From Octopus bimaculoides (lineage: Eukaryota), in the NCBI RefSeq assembly GCF_001194135.2, contig NC_068984.1:57884552-57948551 (forward strand): 64,000 nucleotides of DNA, read 5' to 3'. Shown here in pieces: positions 52,686 through 64,000 of this stretch. Position 1 is the first letter of the stretch. Each line of letters begins with the position of its first letter. Position numbers and translations under genes: made by a program. Under the pieces are notes generated by a model. The model worked only from the letters and a program-made list of their open reading frames with translations, searched no databases and was not told the origin of the DNA.

Positions 52686-52818
52686 GGCATGGCTGTGTGG
52701 TAAGAAGCTTGCTTCTCAACCACATGGTTTCAGGTTTAGTCCCACTGCGTGGCACGTTGTGCAAGCGTCTTCTACCAAAGCCTTGTGAGCAAATTTGAAG
52801 ACAGAAACTGAAAGAAGC

Positions 52819-52855
<37 letters not shown>

Positions 52856-52960
52856 CGCATGTGTGTTTATGTTCCCATAACTGAGCAGTTCAGCAAAAAG
52901 AGTAGAATAAGTAACCAGCTTAATTTGTTTAATTAAAATTCTTCGAGACAGTGCCCCAGC
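52686..52960 (+). mobile_element. tRNA-type SINE family B, representative copy
   Basis: ggcatggctgtgtggtaagaagcttgct...ggttt.agtcccactgcgtggcac head with A/B-box-like sequence. Other copies at about 51800-52035, 48905-49180 and 40140-40262 (-). Confidence 0.75.
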
Positions 52961-55091
52961 AAGGCCGCAGTCTAAAGACAAACAAATAAAAGATTTAAAA
53001 TTTTATTCATCATTGTTTATGTTTATTAATAAAAGGCTTTGTTCTATAAAATCTAAGCATTTCGACAGGGATTTTCCCAATTTTGTTATCACCATGGCTT
53101 TGGAAGTGATCTGAAGAAACTTTTCATGAAAAAACTTTTGAAAATTTATGATTTTTTTTCTCACTCCACCCTCTGGACCAATGTTTTTTACACTACACAT
53201 GTAGAAACAGTGGGGAAAGCCTTTTCAGTAACAAAAAAAAGAGAAAAATATTTGAAAATATTCCCAGATGAAAAGATATGTGATTTTAAGAGAGAGTTAG
53301 CTGTTGTTTCTAGCATAACCTGCGACTACCTGGTACCTTCCTCATCTTCCCACCCCAGTAGCATCAAGCAAGTGTGTGTGTGCATGTTAATAAGTAAACA
53401 TATTTACTAACAGAAAAGTATGCTATTTTCTCCATTTTGATTGGGATTCTTTGGAATGTTATTCACCACACACTTCAAAATGATGAGTGACGGAAGATTT
53501 TATGGAAAAATTTTTCTTGAAAATGTAAGATTTTTCAACCCCACCACCCCAGACCCTAGTGACAGGTGCGTAAGTGCGTATTACATATTATTTTTGCAAT
53601 ACGCACTTAAAGACGATGGGGAAAGCCTGTTTTGAAACATCACACCACACTCCACCCTTATGACAGTGACATTTATTTTCCTTTAATTATTTTCAACAAT
53701 AACCCTCCTACTTGTACAAAGATACACACACAGAATAAGCAGAAAGAAATGTGAAAAAAAAAAAAATCCAAATTATTATATTATTGACAACATCGGTTTC
53801 AAATTTTGGCACAAGCCCAGTATTTCAGGGGGGGGGGGGTCGATCACATCAACCCCAGTATTCAATTAGTACTTAGTTGGGTAAGTCAACCTCAGCAGTA
53901 TTTGAACTCAGAATGTGAAGAAGAATGAAATGCTGCTAAGCATTTTACCTGGCGTGCCAACAGTCCCACCAGCTAGCTGCCTTATATTATCAATGTTACT
54001 TGAAGGCAGTGAACTGGGAGAATCATTACTGCACTGGGCAAAATGTTTAGTGGCATTTTGTTTGTCTTTATGTTCCGAGTTCAAATTCCAGACCTGCCTT
54101 TCAGCCTTTCGGGGTCAATAAAATAAATACCAGTTGAATAATGGGGTTGATGTAATTAACTTACCCCCACCCCCAAAATGCTGGCCTTGTACCAAAATTT
54201 GAAAGCAATATTACTTGAAATTACAAACAAAATACAAACTCTAGCAATAAAAATATTTTAAGACTAGCAATAAAGATATTTTAAGTCAAACAAAACAAAT
54301 TATAAATCTAATACTTAGTATGTTTAAAGGAAGTAAAAATAGTGTTCATTTGATAAACTTACCGAATAGTTGCTATGTTTTACCTCAGTTAGTTTTCAAT
54401 GTAAAAAGAATACAAGTAAAAGCTAGAAGTGTAGCAGAAAAATTACTAAATAAATAGCTTAAGAAACAATTGTCCCAGATGTTACTAAAAGTATACTATG
54501 CTCTAAATACATATATGCTAACAAAACATATATGTCTAAAGGTCAAAGTAATAATTAATTTTCTTTTCTACATTCACTGATAAAATATAAAAAGCAAGTA
54601 AAGGCAGCAGTAGTAACTCCAGTTTTCAATTTAATATCTATTTGTTATATCTACAGGTTGTTCTATTTATATGTTCTATATATAACACGTGCATTAGGAA
54701 TAAGGGTGCTAGTCTCATGATCACAAGGTTATGGGTTTGATTCCTGGATCAAGCAGTGCATTGTGTCCTTGAGTAAGATACAAGCATCTCCTGCATTAAA
54801 ACTGCCTCAGGTTACAGGATTTCGTGCTTATGGAAATTGTAAAGTATGATCATTAATTTTGGGACATGGTCTCTTATGGAAATTCAAAAACTACACTTTC
54901 TTCTTAGCTCAATGGCCACTTGTATTTTAGTTAAGATCAAAGTATATAGTCGACGATTTGAAAAACTATCATCACATTAGACACATACATATAATGTACA
55001 TAAATGTGAGTATACACCTGGTAGTTCGCTGGTAAAGCACATTCACTGTCTCAGTGTTCGTTGAGCATTTGACTGATAAAAGAAATGGAAT

Positions 55092-55389
55092 ATGGAAGAC
55101 ACAAGAATCTTTATTGATCACTACAACTGTTTTGACCCATCTTGTGGATGGGGTACTGAACATCCGATTTAATTGTATCCCTCAGGTGATTTCAATAGGT
55201 ATCTTGTTAAAATAAACTATTTTGCAAGATTTCTTCTTGGTCTTCGTATATAGAAGTGGCAATTTAAGGTATACAGCTTTATTCTTCTAAAGATCCATAA
55301 CAAATATCAGATACAAAAAGAAACAAATACACAATACAGCAATGGTCGAAAAAATTGTAGTGATCAATAACGATTCTTGTATCTTCCAT
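55092..55389. mobile_element. MITE-like element with ~50-bp imperfect inverted ends
   Basis: atggaagacacaagaatctttattgatcactacaa (55092) is inverted at 55355-55389. Confidence 0.55.
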
Positions 55390-55869
55390 TTCTCTCATTA
55401 ATCATATATATACTAGCATACTCATACTGAGAAAAATGCAGACAGTTTTACCAGCAATAGAAAATAGCATAAAAACACTATGAGGTAAACTATTCATAAT
55501 TGTTCGCAATCTAGTAAATAGATGTACATACCCAGAATTGAAGCACTTGAAGAATAAGATTTAATGTCTTGGTTGAAAATATTACACACACATGTATGTT
55601 TGTGTATATACAAACACACAAAAACATGTATGTACATATAAATATATACACATATATATGTATATGTGTACATAAAAATACATAAAAACATACATATATA
55701 AACACACACAAACGTGCATACATACGCACACACGTCTATTTATCTATCTATATGGATATATATATACCACCATGAAGTATACATACATATACATTTATAT
55801 ATATATCTACACATATATATACATATTTTATAGACAATCTCTCTCACTTTATATATATATATAAGTCCT

Positions 55870-56890
55870 AATAAGTAGGAAGGTAGACAAGACACAAACC
55901 CCTTCTGCTCGATCTGCAGAAAAGGCGTAGGTAGAAACTCCATAAGATGTACCGAGTGTAAGCTATGGACACATAAGAGGTGCAGCAATATTGAGGAAGG
56001 CTAACTAGCAATATAGTTTTTGTATGTGGCAGATGCTCAGGAGCAATAAACACTGAGAATGTGCAGAAAACAACCTTTGCCACAGTCCAGGGAGAAAAAC
56101 TAGAAGTAGTTGATAGCTTCTGCTACCTAGTTTGTAGCAGGGGAGGGTGCGCTGAAAGTGTAGCTGCTAGAATAAGAATAGCCTGGGCAAAGTTTAGAGA
56201 GCTCTTACCTCTGCTGGTGACAAAGGGCCTTTCACTCAGAGTAAAAGGCAGACTGTATGACGCATGTGTACGAACAGCCATACTACATGGCAGTGAAACA
56301 TGGGCCGTGACTGCTGAGGACATGCGTAAGCTTGCAAGAAACGAAGCCAGTATGCTCCAATGGATGTGTAATGTCAGTGTGCATACTTGACAGAGTGTAA
56401 GTACCTTGAGAGAAAAGTTGGACCTAAGAAGCATCAGTTGTGGTGTGCAAGAGAGACGACTGTGCTGGTATGAACATGTGACAAGAATGGATGAGGATAG
56501 CTGTGTGAAAAAGTGCCACATTCTAGCAGTTGAGGGAACCTGTGGAAGAGGTAGACCTAGGAAGACCTGGGACGCGGTGGTGAAGCACGACCTTTGAACT
56601 TTAAGCCTCACCGAGGCAATGACTAGTGACCGGGACCTTTGGAAATATGCAGTATGTGAGAAGACTCAGCAAGCCAAGTGAGAGCATAAGCTGTGACCTC
56701 TGCCAGAAGTGTGGCCAGCTCACTTATTCGTATCTTTACTTCATTGGACACTAAACTCTGCTTGCGAAGACATGTTGAGGCAAGTAAAATTTGAAATCTG
56801 AAATCAAACCGAATCTGACGACTGGCACCTATGCCAACCTCTCCTTCATTGGACACTAAACTCTGCTTGCAAAGACCTGTTGGGGCAAGT
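55870..56890 (+). mobile_element. RTE LINE ORF2 C-terminal fragment with a PHD-like finger and partial 3' UTR
   Basis: CSICRKGVGRNSIRCTECKLWTHKRCS, then LEVVDSFCYL...AWAKFRELLPLL...LHGSETW...RGRPRKTW. Confidence 0.9.
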
Positions 56891-57107
56891 CATTATAGTA
56901 CTCGGAGTTTCAAATATCAGAGTGAAGAGCTATGATACATTCTCGTCGACTATTAATGGCAACAGACACAATGAAAAATTGTTAAATAAAAGGGAAGTAA
57001 ACTCTAATAGATGGAAAAAGAAAAAAAATACACGGAATGATATTTTCACAATACACAGACATAAACCTCCTGCATTCACACAAACATGTACACGTACAAA
57101 CACACAC

Positions 57108-57191
<84 letters not shown>

Positions 57192-57220
57192 ACATGCATA
57201 CATATATATATATATATATA
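57108..57220. repeat. (TA)n microsatellite
   Basis: Long TA run. Other runs: (TA)n about 35229-35260 and 37335-37378, (GT)n about 25610-25645, (GA)n about 47101-47128. Confidence 0.95.
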
Positions 57221-57327
57221 TATTTATTTATGTACGCAACCTCATCCTCATATACACACAGTTGTTTACATGCAGACACGTAACATAATACATTTATATG
57301 TATAAATATATATGTGTATACATACAT

Positions 57328-57379
<52 letters not shown>

Positions 57380-57381
<2 letters not shown>

Positions 57382-58000
57382 TAGCAGAGATACCTGGCCT
57401 TGCTCGGGATTAAAATGACAGATTTTTATTGCTNNNNNNNNNNGCAGAGATACCTGGCCTTGCTCGGGATTAAAATGACAGATTTTTATTGCTTTACTTG
57501 TTTCAGTCATGTGATTGCGGCCATGGTGGAGCACTGCCGTTGGTCGAAGAAATCAACCACAGGATTTGTTCTTTGTAAGCCCAGTACTCATTCTGTCAGT
57601 GTCTTTTACCAAACTGCTAAGTTACGGGAATGACACTGGTGATATGAAATTAAAGCACTTTACTTGTACTAACAGCAGCATTCACCCAGGGTGAATTGGG
57701 CTGGCTCTGACCAATGAGTTCACCCCGCCCCCACAAATGCTGACCACATCCAATGCTCAGCCACAGTTGAGGTTGTAATGGATACCCACTTCCAGTTCCA
57801 CAACTGAAGACCATAGACATGAGGATCCGATCATGCTGCCAGATTACAGTTAAGTTCACTGTCATCATTTCATCACAGGAGAGTTCATTGCCATCAATTC
57901 ACTGTGAAGAAAGTTCACTGTGATAAAAGTTCACTGTGATAAAGGTTCACCGCAATGAAAGTTTACTGAGAAAATATTAAGTTAGACACTATTTTATTGC
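57380..58000 (+). mobile_element. Probable HINE/DINE-like non-autonomous Helitron-related element with nested fragments
   Basis: Start actagcagagatacctggccttgctcggg (inverted copy at about 25845-25882), about four tandem 16-bp aaagttcactgtgata-type units at about 57895-57965, and end tagacactattttatt. Confidence 0.4.
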
Positions 58001-58099
58001 NNNNNNNNNNGAGAGAGAGAGAAATTAAAGTTGAAAAATTATGTCAAAAAAATTTGTATGGTGAACTTTCCCTGCAGTAAATTGATGATGGTGAATTTA

Positions 58100-60660
58100 G
58101 TGGACATGGTGCCACCATGTCCTTTACCATTGCCAGCCACATCTTCAGTTGTCCTCAAGCTCATTTGCGCCAGCCTGAAAGGGGGATGCTGGGTTGACTA
58201 CCTTGCGAATGAATCCACCTGGAGACTGAAGTTATGTGAGTAGAGCATGTTGCAGAGAGTAGATACAGCAGCATTGTTGTATTTTGAGGTTTGATATGAA
58301 GTCCAATGGGAGAACATGAAGAATTCGATATAGGTAATAGTGGTCGATGACTGAGTTTTTGCAGATCTTCAGCTCTCATTGGCCAGGACTCAAGCCCAAA
58401 AGAAGGATGGTCTGGATGAGCTCTTGGAAGCTATGTACTTTAGTTTGAATCCCGATCTTCAGTCATGACCAAAGACAGCTCTGGAGATGACAGAATGCAA
58501 GAAGTGTGATGTTGATTGTAAGTCAGTATCATCCTTCCCCTGCCTGGTTGCCATGAATGTTGATCTGAGGTATTTGAAGTGGTCGACTTTTTCGAGGACC
58601 TCACCACTGAGAACAATTGGCACCTTTTCCACAGAGGGGATCACAGCCACTAGAATTTTGTCTTTGGACACGTCTTCATGCCAATCTTGAGAGCCTAGGA
58701 GTTGAGGTTGTCGATACCTGTTTGGAGGTCAGCATAATTATCCCTAAAGATTGCTATATCATTAGTGTAGTCAAGGTCAGAGAGGACAAAATATGCTTTC
58801 ACAGTAACACCAGGAATTTCTGCCAATTTCATGATCCAGTAGATGGTATTGTTAAACAGGGTTGAAGATAATGTACAAACACGTGAGACCCTGGAACAGA
58901 CATCTAAAAATGGTGATTTTCATCCACATGTTGGGATCTTTGCTTGTCTTTCAGCAGATTCAGAAGTTTTGGTGGAAAACCAACTGTAGCCATTACTTCG
59001 CACAAAGCATATTCGTCAACTGAGTCAAATGCTGCCACAGAATCAACGAAGTAGATGATGGTTGGCTGTTGATAACATCAATGATGCTCCAGAGTTTTTC
59101 TCAGCATGAAGATTTGATCTGCACAGCCATGGCCAGGATGAAAGCTGGACTGGTTAGGATGGGTGTGCTGGTCTCACTTAAGCTGGAATCTGAGTAACAG
59201 GACTGGGGTAAATACAGCTGTGATGACAATCAGATTGATTATCTCTGTAGTTTCCACAGTAGCATCTGTCTCCTTTCTTGAAGAATGGAGAAAGAACTGC
59301 ACCTTTCCAATCTTGGGAAGATTGTATAAGTCCTAGAATGCATGATTATTTGTTGCAGCCACAGAATGAGGACTTCTTAGTAGTGCTTGAAGATCTCCAC
59401 TAGTACACCATCTTTACCAGCAACCTTGTTGTTTTTCAAGCTTGCAATCACAGCACACAGTTTCTTAATGGTCGGTGCTTCTGTTCAGCCATTGTACATT
59501 GTTGTGGAGGACTGATCAGTCAGCTGCCCAACAAGAGGTAGTGTCGTGTTTGACTGTTAAGGTCTAAGATCACTTCACCTTGCTTGTTGAGGATTGCTTT
59601 ACTGGTTGAAACACGAAACTTAGTGATTAAATTGAGCTGCTATCAGCTCGGTCAGGTTTCACAAATCGCCAACTGAGACAGCTCACTTCATATCCGTAAC
59701 AACTAAGTGCCAGAAAGAATTCTGGTCCTTCTACACAGAGCAAGCAGTCAGTCTTATGAGGTGGCAGTAAACCTCAGAACTATTGTTGCAAACCTACTTG
59801 GTTTTTTCCATCAGTTCTGTTGTAGCACTCAAGAACCAGTCTTTACAGCAGTATCTTGTGGCATCAAGATGTTTCTTAGCTGTTTCCTTGATGTTGTGTT
59901 TGAACGATTCCCACATGTTCTCTATTGGTATTTCCACATTGTGGAAAGATTCTAGTCCATCAAAACAATTTTTTAGGTCAAGCAGATGTTAGCAGTGTTC
60001 TGACACTTCAGTTTGGAAATGTTGTACCTGAATGGTCAATCCAATGACTTGTTAGCTTTCAGGTGAATCCTAAATGCTGCATGCACCAAGACATGATCAG
60101 AGCCATTTTCATTTCCAGTTTCAGCACTGCAATATGATCAAGTCAAGAACACTGCTAGTCCAACGCAACTTGACCAGGACATAGTCAATCTGGTTTGCGT
60201 TACACCATCGTTTCAGTACCAGGTAACCAAATAATGCATGGGATGTTGGAAGCATATGTTTGTAACATATGTTGTAAGCATATGTTTGGATGCTGTGAAG
60301 CTGACAAGGGGATCACTGTTTGCACAGTGATCTCCTACTGCACATACGCCCAGAATGCCATGAGCGCTCTGATTACCTTCTCCCATATGGGCATTCCAAT
60401 CACCTATGACAAGAAGGTCACGCGAAGGAGCACTGTCAAAGGCTTCTTGGAGACAGTTGTAAAAGTTGTTCTTTATCTGAACATCAGTGTCTAGGGTGGA
60501 TGCATACACTGCCAACATGGTGATATTGTAGATCGATCCTTTAAGGAGGGTGTGGGTGAGGCATGGAAAGACTGGCTCCTAAGCAATGAGAGCTCTGTTG
60601 GCTTAGTCACTGAGGACAAAAGTCACACTACAGTGACCAGAATTCTTCTTCACTCCACTA
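58100..60660 (-). mobile_element. Degenerate RTE-clade LINE (APE endonuclease plus RT), a different family from 55870
   Basis: NITMLAVYAST...LLVIGDWNAHMG, SFHPGHGCADQIFMLRKTLEH...FVDSVAAFDSVD, NYAD, LEKVDHFKYL and LGLESWPMRAEDLQKL. Many stops. Confidence 0.88.
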
Positions 60661-60734
60661 TGGTCTCTATCAGATAAGCACGTGATGTCTATGTTGTATT
60701 AGTGTAGACCTCATCATCAGCGTTTAGGTTTTGA

Positions 60735-61903
60735 TAGGAGTCAATGTCCTAATATTCCAGCAGACAAGGCAATGCTTCTTCCTGCAACCACTACTTGTGT
60801 ATCACTCCAAAAATCCAAGAGTTTTCAAGGATTACACAATGGATGACTAAAAGCCTTTTCAAATAGTGGTTTGCAAACACTTTTTGTCCTACAGTAGAAA
60901 GTTACCGTGCCAGACATAATGTTTCCAACGAAGCACTGCTTCTTTTAAATAATGCACCGAGTCACCCAGAGAACTCAAATGACCTTTTTGAAAATGTGAG
61001 AGTAGAATATATCCCCAAGAATACAATTTCATTGGTCCAGTCAATGGATTAAGATATGGCAGCTAACTTCAAAATATGTTATATGAGAAGAACTTTCAAA
61101 TAACTTATGAAAGCAATTGACAGGGAGGATAAACCTACAGCTAGAGATTTCTAGAAAAAAAATTCAACATCATGGATGCTGTGGATGACATAGTTGAGTC
61201 ATGAGATAAAGAGAAACCTTCAACTTTGAATAGCACTTAGGAAAATATGTGGCCACACTGTATTTGTGACATTACAAGTTTTCCTCAAGGAGAAAGTACA
61301 CATTAAATTTGGAAAGATATTGTGACACCTGCAAAGGATGCAGTATTTGAAGAAGTCATAGAGAAGAATGTGATTGAGTTGTAAGTGTCCCAAAGAATAA
61401 GTTTATCTAATGAGGAGCTGATACTATCAGAAAAAAAACAACAAAAAAACAAATGAGACAACAGAAGTTCTACCTACACCACTTAAACTGACAACAAAAA
61501 TTATTGCTAAAGAATTGGCACTTATAGAGGCAAGTCTACAGGTTTTTGCTGATAATGGTCCTAATCGTAAATGTAACATGAAAATTAGAAGTGGAGTTTA
61601 AATGTACTCTTACGATATTATAACTCCTATTAATTCCCTGACATATTCCTCTTGAAATGTTTTAGTGCTCTGAATCTATATTGTATTGTCTATGTTTAGA
61701 AATATCTATTTTCATGTATAAAAGTGATTGTGTTGCTTGTTCTCTGTTGTTTTATTGTACTATTTTTTGAAAAAAGTTTGTAGGAATACAATCTCACTTG
61801 ACAACATGAAAATCAATAGGAAAATTCATTTTGCATTATGGGATTTCACATTACAGCTAGATTTTCAGGAACACATTATTTCCATAAAGTGAGGGATTCC
61901 TGT
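60735..61903 (+). mobile_element. Tigger/pogo-like DDE transposase relic, 5'-truncated
   Basis: LQPLLVYHSKNPRVFK, WMTKSLFK*WF..TFCP, LLLLNNAPSHP, YIPKNTISLVQSMD. Tigger-like end gagggattcctgta at about 61892-61905. Confidence 0.82.
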
Positions 61904-64000
61904 ATTTCATTTAACATTGCTCCAGGCTACTCAGCTTAAGTACCAGTTGAGTATTGGTACAGCTATCTCTCTCTCTTTCTTTGTCACTCTCTTCCTCCAG
62001 CTGTTACATACTTGATATCCCACTGGCTCAAGGGTAGGAGGTACTGAAAGGGTAGTCGAACATATATTGTTCATGACTACATCAACTTGTAGAACGATCA
62101 GCAAAAAACATAGTGTGTGCTGCTAAGTCATACTAGAAAGCAGGCAGGCAGCACATTATGTCTAATTTATCTCTGTGCATTGTGATGAGAAAGGGTGATT
62201 TATGTTGACAGGAGCCAACACAAGAAAGTAGTCTTGTTGGATAAGATATTGGGCAACCTGCTTATAGTTTGTGAGATCACATCTACAGCAAGTGCTTTGT
62301 AATGTTTTTGAACAAAATGCTTTGTTTTTGATTGTATGTTCATCAAGATTTTGGGTATAGGTATCTGATGAACTGGATACACTGGTATCTTATCATTATT
62401 TACATTTACCCCAATGCCAGGAAAGTGGAGCCACATCCTCAAAAATCTCTTGGACATATGAAACATTTACATTTTTAAGAGGATAGTCATTATAATTTTT
62501 AAGTTAATTAATCAGCAAGAATGTGAATGGAATTGAAAGCTGAAACAGTGTATGTTGTGTTGAGATGTGAGGTTGCGACTATCATTAGTCTCTACTTGCT
62601 CTCATAGCACAACAATATTAACCTCTTCAAATTTTAATTTACATTTATAATAAAAAAAATTTTTTTTTTTAAAACTGAAAAACTGGTATTTTAGGCTTAT
62701 GTTGCGTCAAAGACAAGCTTTACTCAAAAGATTATATATTTCCCATATCATGACAACCAAACATATGACATTTTCTGCTTGTATTGATCCACCATTCTCT
62801 GATCTAGTCTCTGCTCTTTCTGACACTATCTGTAGGTCTTTTTAACTCAGCAAATATGCATTAGATAAGATATTTATAGCACCTTAATTTCAACTCCTCA
62901 TTTTAAATCTTTTGGACTCATTATCTCTCTAGCTCACATTGTGAAACAAATAGGTCATATTTAACTCAACCCCTTCCAGTCATTGTAGGTTGTTCATGTC
63001 TTATCACCATACAGCATCACACATACCATTCTGATGAAGAAGGCAGTTCCATAAACATCTACCATTCATTTCATATCGTAGACATACTAATGCTAGTTGA
63101 GAACAGTATCTTGACAGGTCAATTTCAAACACTGCACTAATTGCAACCCTACCTCCAAGCCAACACTTGTAATTACTTAGCCTGCTAGCAAGAGTAGACA
63201 TACCTTTCTGAAACTGTTACATATCATATTAGAAAGGGACAAATATATCTTAGAAGTCAATTATGAAACTAGGCTCCAAAAGGCAAGATGATCAAAACTG
63301 GAATGCTGGCCATGGCATTGGAAAAGTTGACAAAAATTATCACATTGCCAACAATCTAGATATCAATCCATCATCTTTCTAACCAGGAACCCTCAAAGGA
63401 GATAGAATACAACTAATCAGCATGTTCAACAACACAAACATACCATAAAAGAAAAGAAAATTACAAGTTACACTACATGTAAAAGACAGAATAAGAGAAA
63501 CGAACAAAAAATAAAGCTAAATACACATTAACACACAAGCAAGCAGCCCATTTTGACCAATACACCAGCAGGACAATTGTTTTCAAGCAATGTAATATCA
63601 AATCCAATATGGATCAAGCCAGCCCTGACTGAACTCCAATCTTTCCATAACAAATCATAAGATAAACTGTAAAACAAATGTTCCACAAAAGAACTAAAAA
63701 TACCTATTCAAAATTTGATCAATACTTTGTTGCAGGAAAATGTTTTTAAAAAATATCAATTTCTTAAAATGTTAGGTGGTGCTCCAGCATGACCACAGTC
63801 TCATGAATGAAAAGGGTAAAAGGATAGTTACAAGCCAAGGTACTTCTGATAAAAATATACTTACATTAACCACCATGATTGTATATTAGACAAAGTAGTA
63901 GTCATTATTAAATCAAGCAATTTGGTCATAATATTCATGAACTTCATGAGTAAAATAACAAAAGGAATAAATGAAAAAGAAATATTTGATCATGTGATTT

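Noticed and set aside
53572-53608. 11-bp-stem hairpin (aagtgcgtatt/aatacgcactt) as a Helitron 3' end
   Set aside because: No CTRR terminus follows and the element boundaries are unclear.
63000-63740. Possible second Penelope/GIY-YIG relic
   Set aside because: Only vague similarity (KDRIRE); no alignable motif set.
48497-64000. Search for the upstream SCP2 exon with the HDCF motif
   Set aside because: Not found by eye; it probably lies beyond the window or was missed, so no exon is called.

Overview
AT-rich, repeat-dense animal genomic DNA with N gaps. The SINE/LINE families and microsatellite load suggest an octopod cephalopod (inference). Three spliced genes were reconstructed by hand; the ORF track misses most of their exons. 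(1) The 5' end of importin-13 (IPO13, minus strand, coding exons 4168-4139, 3518-3399, 2211-2153) runs off the left edge. (2) A complete 547-aa FAM151/menorin-family gene (plus strand, 11546-11672, 14083-14241, 15245-15468, 21586-22719) has an N-terminal membrane anchor, substitutions at both putative catalytic histidines and an extra C-terminal region of about 190 aa. (3) The 3' six exons of SCP2/SCPx (minus strand, 48496 to 38253) end in SKL and carry an unusual HN-to-QN change in the thiolase C-terminal loop. The rest is transposon relics: RTE LINEs and their 3' tails, two mariners, a maT-like DD37D element, Chapaev3, Tigger, hAT and piggyBac MITEs, tRNA-type SINEs, and a Penelope-like element whose GIY-YIG domain is split by a long Thr-rich insert. 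Unusual structures include a foldback element containing telomeric repeats, a 312-bp palindrome, a CpG-saturated 58-bp hairpin array and unidentified fossil coding segments. Family assignments rest on recalled motifs; no database search was run.
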